The notes under the pieces: generated by a model
What the model was told of the DNA's origin: nothing
Seen by the model: the letters and a program-made list of their open reading frames with translations, nothing else
The model's database searches: none
In this document: positions 55,709-63,952 of the stretch, one piece after another
Position numbering within the stretch: position 1 is the first letter of the stretch
Layout of the letters: every line of letters begins with the position of its first letter
Assembly: GCA_020635015.1 (NCBI GenBank)
Contig: JACKAP010000006.1
Location: 76,998-140,997, forward strand
Reading direction: 5' to 3'
DNA from: Calditrichia bacterium
Lineage (GTDB): Bacteria > Calditrichota > Calditrichia > RBG-13-44-9 > J075
DNA: 64,000 nucleotides
Program-made: the position numbers and the translations under genes

Positions 55709-57028
55709 GTGAAAACCGCCTGTATCATCGGCGCCGGCGCCTCCGGTATTACCGCCGCGAAAACCTTCCGGGAGCAGGGAATTGATTTTGACTGCTTTGA
55801 GAAAGGTTCCGGTATCGGCGGCAACTGGCGCTACGGAAACGACAACGGGATGTCTTCCGCCTACCGCTCCCTGCATATCATCTCCAGCAAGTGGAACATG
55901 CAGTATTCCGATTATCCCATGCCGGAAGATTTTCCCGACTACGGCCATCACAGCGATGTACTGCGTTATTTCGAGAATTATGTCGATCACTTTGGCATTC
56001 GCGAGACCATCCGCTTTCATTGCGAAGTGAAAGAGGTGACGCCGCACTCCCGGGATGGCTGGGAGGTGACCCTCGCAGGGGGCGAGCGCCGGAACTATCG
56101 TGCGGTGGTGGTGGCCAACGGCCATCACTGGAATCCCCGCTGGCCGGAATTTCCCGGAAGCTTTCACGGAGAAGCAATCCATTCTCATCATTATAAAACG
56201 CCCGAGGCCTTTGAAGACAAAAATGTGCTGATCGTCGGGATCGGAAATTCCGCCTGCGATATTGCGGTCGACCTCTCCCGCCTGGCCCGCACGGTGCATC
56301 TTTCTACCCGGCGCAGCGCCTATGTGCTTCCGAAATATGTGCTGGGAATTCCCAATGATCAATGGCTTCATCCGCTGTTCGATTATTTCCCGCTGGCCCT
56401 GCGTCGCACCGCCTTCCGGATATTGGCCTACATGACCGTTGGTAACCAGGAGCGCTACGGCCTGCCCCGGCCCCGCCACAAATTGTTGCAGGAGCATCCC
56501 ACTCTGAATCAGGAATTTTTGTCCTACGTGGGACACGGGCGGATCAAGATCAAACCGGATATCCGCGAACTGCAGGGGGAACGGGTGGGGTTCGTCGACG
56601 GCAGCAGTGAACCGTTCGATACGATCATTTATGCCACCGGCTATAACATCACCTTTCCGTTTCTGAAGCCGGAAGTGTTTACGGTGCAGGACAACCGGGT
56701 ACACCTTTACCGGCGGGTGATCGATCCGGAATTGCCCAACTTGTTCTTCCTGGGGCTGATCCAGCCCCTCGGGGCGATCATGCCCCTGGCGGAGTTGCAG
56801 GCCCGCTGGATCGCCGGGCTGCTGAACGGCGAGATGGCCCTGCCGGACGAAGGGCGGATGCGCCGCGATATCGAGGCCGATCGTTCCCTCCTGCGCCGCC
56901 GCTACACCGACTCCGCCCGCCATACCATCCAGGTGGATTTTTGGGATTATGTGCACCAACTGAAGCGGGAAATGCGGAAAGGGAAGAAGCTTGCTGATAG
57001 GAAAAGGAGGATGAAGGGTGAAGGATAA
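55709..57028 (+). CDS. Flavin-containing monooxygenase (FMO family)
   Basis: 'KTACIIGAGASGITAAK' FAD site and 'VLIVGIGNSACDIAVDL' NADPH site. GTG 55709 is preferred, after GGAG and 2 nt past the upstream stop. Confidence 0.8.
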   Translation: MKTACIIGAGASGITAAKTFREQGIDFDCFEKGSGIGGNWRYGNDNGMSSAYRSLHIISSKWNMQYSDYPMPEDFPDYGHHSDVLRYFENYVDHFGIRETIRFHCEVKEVTPHSRDGWEVTLAGGERRNYRAVVVANGHHWNPRWPEFPGSFHGEAIHSHHYKTPEAFEDKNVLIVGIGNSACDIAVDLSRLARTVHLSTRRSAYVLPKYVLGIPNDQWLHPLFDYFPLALRRTAFRILAYMTVGNQERYGLPRPRHKLLQEHPTLNQEFLSYVGHGRIKIKPDIRELQGERVGFVDGSSEPFDTIIYATGYNITFPFLKPEVFTVQDNRVHLYRRVIDPELPNLFFLGLIQPLGAIMPLAELQARWIAGLLNGEMALPDEGRMRRDIEADRSLLRRRYTDSARHTIQVDFWDYVHQLKREMRKGKKLADRKRRMKGEG

Positions 57029-57175
57029 AGGGCAAAGGATAAAGGGCAAAGGATAAAGGAATAACCTTGATTGACATTGGGACTGGATTTTGTTCTGTTT
57101 CAGCATCCAGCATCCAGCATCCAGTACAACCCATCAACCCATTTACAAAAGAAAAACATCCACCATATCATACAC
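57008..57175. repeat. Composite heptamer block (GGATAAA/GGGCAAA)n-spacer with TTGACA-(GCATCCA)3-(CCATCAA)2 upstream of the SDR gene
   Basis: Same modular order as the IR-L block upstream of the S9 peptidase. Confidence 0.85.
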
Positions 57176-57946
57176 ATGCAACCAAAAACCATCTTCATCA
57201 CCGGCGCCGCTTCCGGGATCGGAGCGGCTACTGCCCGCAAGTTTCACGCGCAGGGCTGGTTTGTAGGTTTATATGATCTGAATCCCGCTCCGCTGGCTGA
57301 GTTGCAGCGCTCCCTGGGCACGGAAAACAGCTGCTTCATGGCCTTGGATGTACGCGACCGGGAGGCGGTGGCAGCGGCGATGGACCACTTCGGGGCGCAC
57401 AGCGGGGGGAGGATGAACCTGCTGTTCAACTGTGCCGGGATCATCGGCATCGGCCCCTTCGAGGACCTCCGGCTGGAAGATCACCTGCGTACGGCGGAGG
57501 TGAATTTTCAGGGGGTGCTCAACTGCACGTTTCTGGCTTTTCCGTTGCTGAAAGCAACTCCCGGCGCGCGGGTGGTCAGCATGTCCTCCGCCTCGGCCCG
57601 CTACGGCACGCCGGACTTTGCCAGCTACTCGGCCAGCAAATTCGCGGTGCGCGGCCTAACCGAAGCGCTGAATATCGAATGGCGCCGGCATGGCATCGTG
57701 GTCAGCGACATCATGCCTCCATTCGTTAATACCCCGATGATCCAGAGCGGGCCGGCCAGCAAGAGTTTCGAGCGGATGGGCATCCGTCTCAGGCCGGAGC
57801 AGGTGGCTGAGGTGGTCTGGAAAGCCGCCCGGGGAAACAAGGTGCACTATCCGGTCGGTTTGCAGTTCAAACTGCTCAACGCCCTCTCGGCCGTTTCGCC
57901 TGACTGGCTGACCCGCCGGGTGATGCGCTGGATTGGGGGATATTAG
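57176..57946 (+). CDS. Short-chain dehydrogenase/reductase (SDR)
   Basis: 'IFITGAASGIGAATA' and 'YSASKFAVRGL' (YxxxK). ATG 57176; upstream codons of the listed ORF translate repeats. Confidence 0.85.
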   Translation: MQPKTIFITGAASGIGAATARKFHAQGWFVGLYDLNPAPLAELQRSLGTENSCFMALDVRDREAVAAAMDHFGAHSGGRMNLLFNCAGIIGIGPFEDLRLEDHLRTAEVNFQGVLNCTFLAFPLLKATPGARVVSMSSASARYGTPDFASYSASKFAVRGLTEALNIEWRRHGIVVSDIMPPFVNTPMIQSGPASKSFERMGIRLRPEQVAEVVWKAARGNKVHYPVGLQFKLLNALSAVSPDWLTRRVMRWIGGY

Positions 57947-57976
57947 TGTGCGCTACCCGGGCTTTCGCAAGAACAG

Positions 57977-58045
57977 ATTCCTCACTTCGTTCGGAATGAC
58001 AGCACAAATGTCATTCCGAAGGCGCCAGCCGAGGAATCTGTAATT
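57977..58045. repeat. About 55-bp hairpin element copy 2, with outer arms CAGATTCCTC / GAGGAATCTG and inner arms GGAATGACA / TGTCATTCC
   Basis: aacagattcctcacttcgttcggaatgacagcacaaatgtcattccgaaggcgccagccgaggaatctgtaatt, 37 bp upstream of the kefG start. Confidence 0.85.
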
Positions 58046-58081
58046 CTACAAGATGTGACCATCTATGCCAAAAGGAGCGAC

Positions 58082-58678
58082 GTGAAAAAAATTCTGATTA
58101 TCTTCGCCCACCCCGCGTTTCAGAAATCGCGGGTGAATGCCCGGCTGATCGAAGGGCTGGCTCAGATGGAAGGGATTACCTTCCACGATCTTTATCAGGC
58201 CTACCCGGAGTTCGACATCGATATCGCCGCCGAGCAGCAGCTGCTGACCGGGCATGACGTGATCGTGTTTCACCATCCCTTCTTCTGGTACAGCACCCCG
58301 GCGCTGCTCAAGGAGTGGCAGGATCTGGTGCTGGAGCATGGCTGGGCCTATGGCAGCCAGGGGAATCAGCTTAATGACAAGTGGTTTTTTAACATCATCA
58401 CCACCGGTGGCGGTGCGGCTGCCTACAGCCAGCAGGGCTATAATTTTTACACCATCCGCCAGTTGCTGGCGCCGATCGAACAGACTGCCAGGCTATGCAA
58501 GATGGTGTTTCTGCCGCCCTATGTGGTGCACGGCACCCACGCCATCACCCCAGAGGAAATCGAAGCATACCGGGAGAAAGGCCAACGGCTGCTGACGATG
58601 ATCCGCGATGGGGATTTTGACCTGGCGGCTGCCATGCAACTGCAATATTTAAATGATTATATGAAACGCTCAGACTGA
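58082..58678 (+). CDS. kefG: Glutathione-regulated K+-efflux system ancillary oxidoreductase KefG/KefF (flavodoxin-like NAD(P)H:quinone oxidoreductase)
   Basis: 'ILIIFAHPAFQKSRVNARL...DVIVFHHPFFWYSTPALLKEWQD' is collinear with E. coli KefG. GTG start after AAGGAG. Confidence 0.85.
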   Translation: MKKILIIFAHPAFQKSRVNARLIEGLAQMEGITFHDLYQAYPEFDIDIAAEQQLLTGHDVIVFHHPFFWYSTPALLKEWQDLVLEHGWAYGSQGNQLNDKWFFNIITTGGGAAAYSQQGYNFYTIRQLLAPIEQTARLCKMVFLPPYVVHGTHAITPEEIEAYREKGQRLLTMIRDGDFDLAAAMQLQYLNDYMKRSD

Positions 58679-58701
58679 TGACGATGTAATGCGGCGCACT
58701 T

Positions 58702-58798
58702 TTGCATGGGGCATGGGGCATGGCGCCGTAATATGCAAGCGCATGGTCCGACACCCGCACTGTAATACACCATGCCCCATGCTCCTGGCCCCATGCAA
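58702..58798. repeat. MITE-like palindromic element copy 3 (central core inverted relative to copies 1 and 2)
   Basis: ttgcatggggcatggggcatggcgccgtaatatgcaagcgcatggtccgacacccgcactgtaatacaccatgccccatgctcctggccccatgcaa. Confidence 0.85.
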
Positions 58799-58875
58799 TA
58801 TAACTTGACACTATACTCAGTCTGAGCAGACTCATTCTGAGCGATCCGAAAAACTCAAAAACAGGAAATAGATCC

Positions 58876-60771
58876 ATGCACGAAGGCGGATTTTTTTATC
58901 AGGCATTTGTTTATCTCAGCGCAGCCGTTGTCTCGGTGCCGGTGGCCAAGCGGCTCGGCCTGGGCTCGGTGCTGGGATATTTGATCGCCGGCATCATCAT
59001 CGGACCTTTTGCCCTGGGCCTGGTGGGGGAGGAAGGGCAGGACGTGATGCATTTTGCCGAATTCGGGGTGGTGATGATGCTGTTTCTGATCGGCCTGGAA
59101 CTGCAGCCGGCCCTGCTCTGGAAGCTGCGCGTGCCGATCCTTGGCCTGGGTGGGCTGCAGGTTGGTTTGACCAGTGCGCTGATCCTCGGTGCGGGAATTG
59201 CTTTCGGACTGGCCTGGCAAACCGCTCTGGCGCTTGGGCTGACCCTGGCGCTCTCCTCTACGGCGATTGTGTTGCAGACCCTGAACGAAAAAGGGTTGAT
59301 GAAAACCGCCGGAGGCCAGAATGCTTTCTCGGTGCTGCTGTTCCAGGATATCGCAGTGATCCCGATCCTGGCGGTGATGCCGCTCCTGGCAAGCGGACAT
59401 GTTGCTGCGGGGTCCGGAGACGGGCATCATGCCGTCACCTGGGTGGAAGGGCTGCCGATCTGGGCCCAGACCGGGGTGGTGCTGGGGGTGGTGGTGATGA
59501 TCGTGCTGGCCGGCCAGTACCTGATCAGCCCCCTGTTCCGCATTATCGCCCGCACCCGCCTGCGGGAAATTTTTACCGCCGCCGCCCTGTTGCTGGTGAT
59601 CGGCATTGCCCTGCTGATGACCCAGGTGGGGCTCAGTCCGGCATTAGGCACCTTCCTGGCCGGGGTGGTGCTGGCCCAGAGCGAATACCGCCATGAGTTG
59701 GAAACCGATATCGAACCGTTCAAAGGACTGCTGCTGGGCCTGTTTTTCATTGCGGTGGGGGCTTCGATCGACTTCAACCTGATCGCCGCCGATCCCCTGT
59801 TGATCACCCAACTGGTGATCGCCCTGATCCTGCTGAAGTTCGTGGTGCTCTTCGTCACCGGTAAGTTTTTCCGCATGAGCCTGGATAATAACCTGCTTTT
59901 CGCCTTTGCCCTGGCCCAGGGCGGGGAGTTTGCCTTTGTGCTCTTCTCCTTTGCGGTGCAGAATCAGGTGATCCCCCCGGCGGTGGCCAATCCGCTGATC
60001 GCGGTGGTGGCAGTCTCCATGGCCCTGACCCCGCTGCTGATGCTGATCAACGAGAAGCTGATCCAGCCGCGCTTCGGCACCACCGAGAAGGCTGCCCGGG
60101 CCGCCGATGAAATCGATGAACAGAGCAAGGTGATCATCGCCGGCTTCGGCCGGGTGGGCAGCACCGTCGGCCGCTTTCTGCAGGCCAACGGGGTGCAGGC
60201 CACCTACCTGGATATCGATCCGGACAATGTCGACCTCCTGCGCAAGATGGGGCTGAAGGTATTTTACGGCGACGCCTCGCGCCATGACCTGCTCCATGCC
60301 GCCGGGGCCGGGGAAGCGGAACTGCTCATTGTGGCGGTGGACGATCCCGTCAAAACCCTGGCGATCGTGGAAACCGCCCGCAAGCACTATCCCAATCTGA
60401 AGATCATGGCGCGCAGCGTGGGCTGGACCGATTCCTACGATCTACTCGATGCCGGCATTGGCGATGTCTACCGCGAGACGCTCGACTCCGCCCTGCGTAT
60501 GGCGGCAGATGCCCTGCACCGGCTGGGATTCCGCCGCCATCAGGCCATGCGGGCGGTCAAAACTTTCCGCCGGCATGACGAGCGCTACCTGCGCGAGCTG
60601 GCCGCGATGCGCCACGACAGCAAAGCGCTGATCCGGGGCGCGCGACAGCGAATCGAAGACCTGGAGAAACTCATGCAGGAAGAGAGTGAGAATGTCGGCA
60701 AGCACAAAGACCTCGGATGGGATGCGACGACATTGATTGAAGAGTATGGAAAAATGCAATCGGATTCGTAG
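58876..60771 (+). CDS. kefB: Glutathione-regulated potassium-efflux antiporter KefB/KefC (CPA2 + KTN/TrkA-N)
   Basis: CPA2 membrane domain and 'VIIAGFGRVGSTVGRFL' KTN NAD-binding domain; 631 aa. Confidence 0.9.
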   Translation: MHEGGFFYQAFVYLSAAVVSVPVAKRLGLGSVLGYLIAGIIIGPFALGLVGEEGQDVMHFAEFGVVMMLFLIGLELQPALLWKLRVPILGLGGLQVGLTSALILGAGIAFGLAWQTALALGLTLALSSTAIVLQTLNEKGLMKTAGGQNAFSVLLFQDIAVIPILAVMPLLASGHVAAGSGDGHHAVTWVEGLPIWAQTGVVLGVVVMIVLAGQYLISPLFRIIARTRLREIFTAAALLLVIGIALLMTQVGLSPALGTFLAGVVLAQSEYRHELETDIEPFKGLLLGLFFIAVGASIDFNLIAADPLLITQLVIALILLKFVVLFVTGKFFRMSLDNNLLFAFALAQGGEFAFVLFSFAVQNQVIPPAVANPLIAVVAVSMALTPLLMLINEKLIQPRFGTTEKAARAADEIDEQSKVIIAGFGRVGSTVGRFLQANGVQATYLDIDPDNVDLLRKMGLKVFYGDASRHDLLHAAGAGEAELLIVAVDDPVKTLAIVETARKHYPNLKIMARSVGWTDSYDLLDAGIGDVYRETLDSALRMAADALHRLGFRRHQAMRAVKTFRRHDERYLRELAAMRHDSKALIRGARQRIEDLEKLMQEESENVGKHKDLGWDATTLIEEYGKMQSDS

Positions 60772-60823
60772 GGTAGGGTCGCGACCCTACCCACACCCCT
60801 CAACCCCTCAACCCATCAACCAT
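60768..60823. repeat. REP-like palindrome GTAGGGTAGGGTCGCGACCCTACCC (copy 2) followed by a (CCCTCAA/CCATCAA)n tract
   Basis: It overlaps the kefB stop codon (TAG), the same arrangement as 4100-4180. Confidence 0.85.
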
Positions 60824-60842
60824 AACACGGAGCACATACATC

Positions 60843-61790
60843 ATGTCCCCCAAAGTCCACGGCATCCATCACGTTACTGCCATGGCCGGCGATCCCCAGC
60901 AGAATGTCGATTTTTATGCCGGCATTCTCGGGCTGCGCATGGTCAAAAAGACCGTCAATTTTGACGATCCGTTCACCTATCATTTTTACTATGGCGATGA
61001 TGCCGGCAATCCCGGCACGATCATGACCTTTTTCCCCTGGAGCTCTGCCGGGATGCGCGGCCGGATCGGCAATGGTCAGTTGAGCGTCACCTCCTTTGCC
61101 GTACCCGAAGGTTCACTGACCTTCTGGGAGGCGCGCCTGAAAGCGCATCGGGTAAAGATCCGGGGTATTTCCGAACGGTTTTCGGAAACGGTGCTCTCGT
61201 TTGACGATCCGGACGGGCTGTTGCTGGAACTGGTGAGTTCGCCGGCCGAGCGCCGTCCGGGATGGGAGAACGGCAGCATTCCTGCCGATCATGCCATCCG
61301 TGGGTTTTACAGCGTCACCCTTTCCCTGGCGGCCTACGAGCGAACCGCCGGTCTGATGACCTCCACCCTGGGTTACCAGGCGGTGGAGGACGCAGACAGC
61401 CGCTTTCGCTATGAATCCGGGACCGGGGGCCCTGGTACCTATGTCGACCTGTTTTGCCAGCCTTCCGCGCCCCGCGGCACGATGGGCGTGGGCGCGGTGC
61501 ACCACGTGGCCTGGCGGATCAACGACGACGAGTCCCAGCTGCAGCTTCGCCGGGAATTGCTCGCCTCCGGATACCAGGTCTCGCCGGTGATGGACCGGAA
61601 CTATTTCCATTCGATCTACTTTCGGGAGCCCGGCGGGGTGCTGTTCGAGGTGGCGACCGATCCCCCGGGTTTTGCAGTTGATGAACCGGCCGAGAGCCTG
61701 GGCCAGTCGCTGAAGCTGCCCCCCTGGCTGGAGAAGGAGCGGGCGTTGATCGAACAGAACCTGACGCCGGTAACGGTGCGGAAACCCTGA
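60843..61790 (+). CDS. VOC-family two-domain ring-cleaving dioxygenase/glyoxalase-like protein (MhqO-like)
   Basis: 'IHHVTAMAGDPQQNVDFYAGILGLRMV' and the second VOC module 'VHHVAWRINDD'. Confidence 0.8.
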   Translation: MSPKVHGIHHVTAMAGDPQQNVDFYAGILGLRMVKKTVNFDDPFTYHFYYGDDAGNPGTIMTFFPWSSAGMRGRIGNGQLSVTSFAVPEGSLTFWEARLKAHRVKIRGISERFSETVLSFDDPDGLLLELVSSPAERRPGWENGSIPADHAIRGFYSVTLSLAAYERTAGLMTSTLGYQAVEDADSRFRYESGTGGPGTYVDLFCQPSAPRGTMGVGAVHHVAWRINDDESQLQLRRELLASGYQVSPVMDRNYFHSIYFREPGGVLFEVATDPPGFAVDEPAESLGQSLKLPPWLEKERALIEQNLTPVTVRKP

Positions 61791-61794
61791 TGAA

Positions 61795-61855
61795 GGGAAA
61801 AGGATGAAGGATAAAGGATGAAGGATAAAGGGAAGAAGAATAGCCCCATTGTTCA
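61795..61855. repeat. (GGATGAA/GGATAAA)n tract
   Basis: gaagggaaaaggatgaaggataaaggatgaaggataaagggaagaag. Confidence 0.85.
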
Positions 61856-61877
61856 CGATGGGGAGGAGGAGTAGCCC

Positions 61878-62516
61878 ATGCAAGGACCTCATCAGGGGCA
61901 GCCGGTGATGCATGCCGGGGCTCCGCTCGATAAAGCCCGGGCGGCAATGATCATGATCCATGGCCGCGGTGCCGATGCCCGGGATATTCTCTCGCTGCTG
62001 CCGGAACTGAACTGTACGGATGTCGCCTGCCTGGCGCCCAATGCCGCCGGCAACACCTGGTATCCCTACAGCTTCCTGGCGCCGCTGGAACGCAACGAGC
62101 CGGGAATTTCCTCCGGCCTGCAGGTGATCGATGATCTGCTGGCCGATCTTGCCGCGCAGGGCTTTCCCCCGGAAAAAATTCTGCTGCTTGGATTTTCCCA
62201 GGGCGCCTGCCTGACTCTAGAATATGTTGCCCGCCATGCCCGCCGCTACGGCGGGGTGGCCGGACTTAGCGGGGGCCTGATCGGCGCGGAAGGTACCCCG
62301 CGCGACTATCCCGGCAATCTGGCCGGCACCCCGGTCTTCCTGGGATGCAGTGATATCGATTTTCATATCCCCAAAGAGCGGGTGTTGGAAACCGCCGCGA
62401 TTATGCGTGACCTGGGTGGAGAAGTGACCGACCGTCTCTACCCCGGGATGGGGCATACCATCAACGCCGATGAGATCCGGGTCGTGCGGGAGATGATCGC
62501 GCAGATCACTAAATAG
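61878..62516 (+). CDS. Phospholipase/carboxylesterase family alpha/beta hydrolase (MhqD-like)
   Basis: 'LLGFSQGACL' nucleophile elbow and C-terminal 'GMGHTI'. Confidence 0.8.
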   Translation: MQGPHQGQPVMHAGAPLDKARAAMIMIHGRGADARDILSLLPELNCTDVACLAPNAAGNTWYPYSFLAPLERNEPGISSGLQVIDDLLADLAAQGFPPEKILLLGFSQGACLTLEYVARHARRYGGVAGLSGGLIGAEGTPRDYPGNLAGTPVFLGCSDIDFHIPKERVLETAAIMRDLGGEVTDRLYPGMGHTINADEIRVVREMIAQITK

Positions 62517-62571
62517 TGTGCCGAAAGTGTATGTTTCGAGAGTGGAATAGAGCAGAGATTGTTGCCTGGAA

Positions 62572-62655
62572 AGCATTTCGCCACCGAGGCACAGAGCGCA
62601 CCAAGTGTTGTCAGGAAACAACGCATTTTATATCTGTGCATCGGTGGCGAAATGC
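62572..62655. terminator. Long inverted repeat (23-bp arms GCATTTCGCCACCGAGGCACAGA / TCTGTGCATCGGTGGCGAAATGC) with an inner hairpin, between convergent genes
   Basis: Seen directly between the esterase (+) and glgC (-) genes. Confidence 0.5.
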
Positions 62656-62668
62656 TAAACGCTTGGCA

Positions 62669-63952
62669 CTAAATTACCAGATCATCCTGGATCACCGCAT
62701 TCTTCGGAATCACTACGATGCCGTCCTGGATGATGTAGTTTTTGCCCTCTTCGTAATTGACCCGGCGGTGATTGGTGATGCGCACATTGTTGCCGATGCG
62801 GGCATTCTTGTCGATAATCGTCCGTTCGATCACCGCATTTTCGCCCACCCCGATCAGGGGAATGCCTTTCTCCCGGTTTTCTTTTTTCTCCGCGGCAGTT
62901 TCGAAAAAGTCCGATCCCATCATCACCACTTCTTTAAAATTACAGTTGTTGCCGACGATTGAGCGTGCCCCGATAATCGAGTCGCGGATCACCGAAGGGT
63001 TGATGATGCTGCCGTCGCCCAGGATAGAATGTTCGATATCGGATTTGAGCACCTTGGCGCCGGGCAGAAAACGCGGATGGGTGTAGATCGGCCGGTCTTC
63101 GTCATAAAAATTGAACTTCGGGAGGGGCCGGGTTAGATCAATGTGAGCGTCGAAAAATGAGCCAATGGTTCCGATATCTTCCCAGTAACCGTCAAAGAAA
63201 TAGGCAAATACGTTCTTGTTAGAAATGGCAAAAGGGATCACTTCCTTGCCGAAATCGGAATAGGAGGTGCCGTCCAACAGATCGCGCAATACCTGGTGAT
63301 TGAATACGTAGATCCCCATGGAGGCCAGGTGAGTGCGGCCGTTGGCAGGCACACCCTGCTTTTCGAAGACTGCTTCCGGCACTTTCAGATTTTCGAGCAA
63401 TTCCGCCTGCTTGGGTTTTTCATGAAAGGTGGTGATGCGCGAATCCCCGTCTACCTTCATCACCCCGAACTGAGTAGCGCGCTCCTGGGGTACCGGGATG
63501 ACCCCGATGGTGATATCGGCCTTCTTTTCGATATGGTAATTGACAAATTTGCTGTAGTCCATGCGGTAGAGATGGTCGCCGGACAGGATCAGCACATGGT
63601 CGCCATGTTCCTGAATAAACCGCAGGTTCTGCCGCACCGCGTCGGCTGTGCCCTGGTACCAGTCGCGATTCTCCATGGTTTGCTGGGCCGAGAGGATGGT
63701 GATGAAGTCTTTCGAAAAGATGCTAAAGCGGTAGGTCAGAAAAATATGCCGGTGCAGCGACTCTGCGCTGAACTGGGTACAGATATAAATCCGCCGGTAC
63801 CCGGAATGCAGGCAATTGGAGATCGGGATATCGATCAGGCGGAATTTTCCGGCGATAGGGACCGCCGGTTTGGAGCGGTATTTGGTTAAGGGGTACAGCC
63901 GGCTGCCCTGACCGCCGGCTAAAATCATGGTAACGACCTTGGAAGATGCCAT
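62669..63952 (-). CDS. glgC: Glucose-1-phosphate adenylyltransferase
   Basis: 'ILAGGQGSRLYPLTKYRSKPAVPIAGKFRLIDIPISNC' and C-terminal LbH repeats; 427 aa. Confidence 0.9.
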   Translation of the reverse strand: MASSKVVTMILAGGQGSRLYPLTKYRSKPAVPIAGKFRLIDIPISNCLHSGYRRIYICTQFSAESLHRHIFLTYRFSIFSKDFITILSAQQTMENRDWYQGTADAVRQNLRFIQEHGDHVLILSGDHLYRMDYSKFVNYHIEKKADITIGVIPVPQERATQFGVMKVDGDSRITTFHEKPKQAELLENLKVPEAVFEKQGVPANGRTHLASMGIYVFNHQVLRDLLDGTSYSDFGKEVIPFAISNKNVFAYFFDGYWEDIGTIGSFFDAHIDLTRPLPKFNFYDEDRPIYTHPRFLPGAKVLKSDIEHSILGDGSIINPSVIRDSIIGARSIVGNNCNFKEVVMMGSDFFETAAEKKENREKGIPLIGVGENAVIERTIIDKNARIGNNVRITNHRRVNYEEGKNYIIQDGIVVIPKNAVIQDDLVI

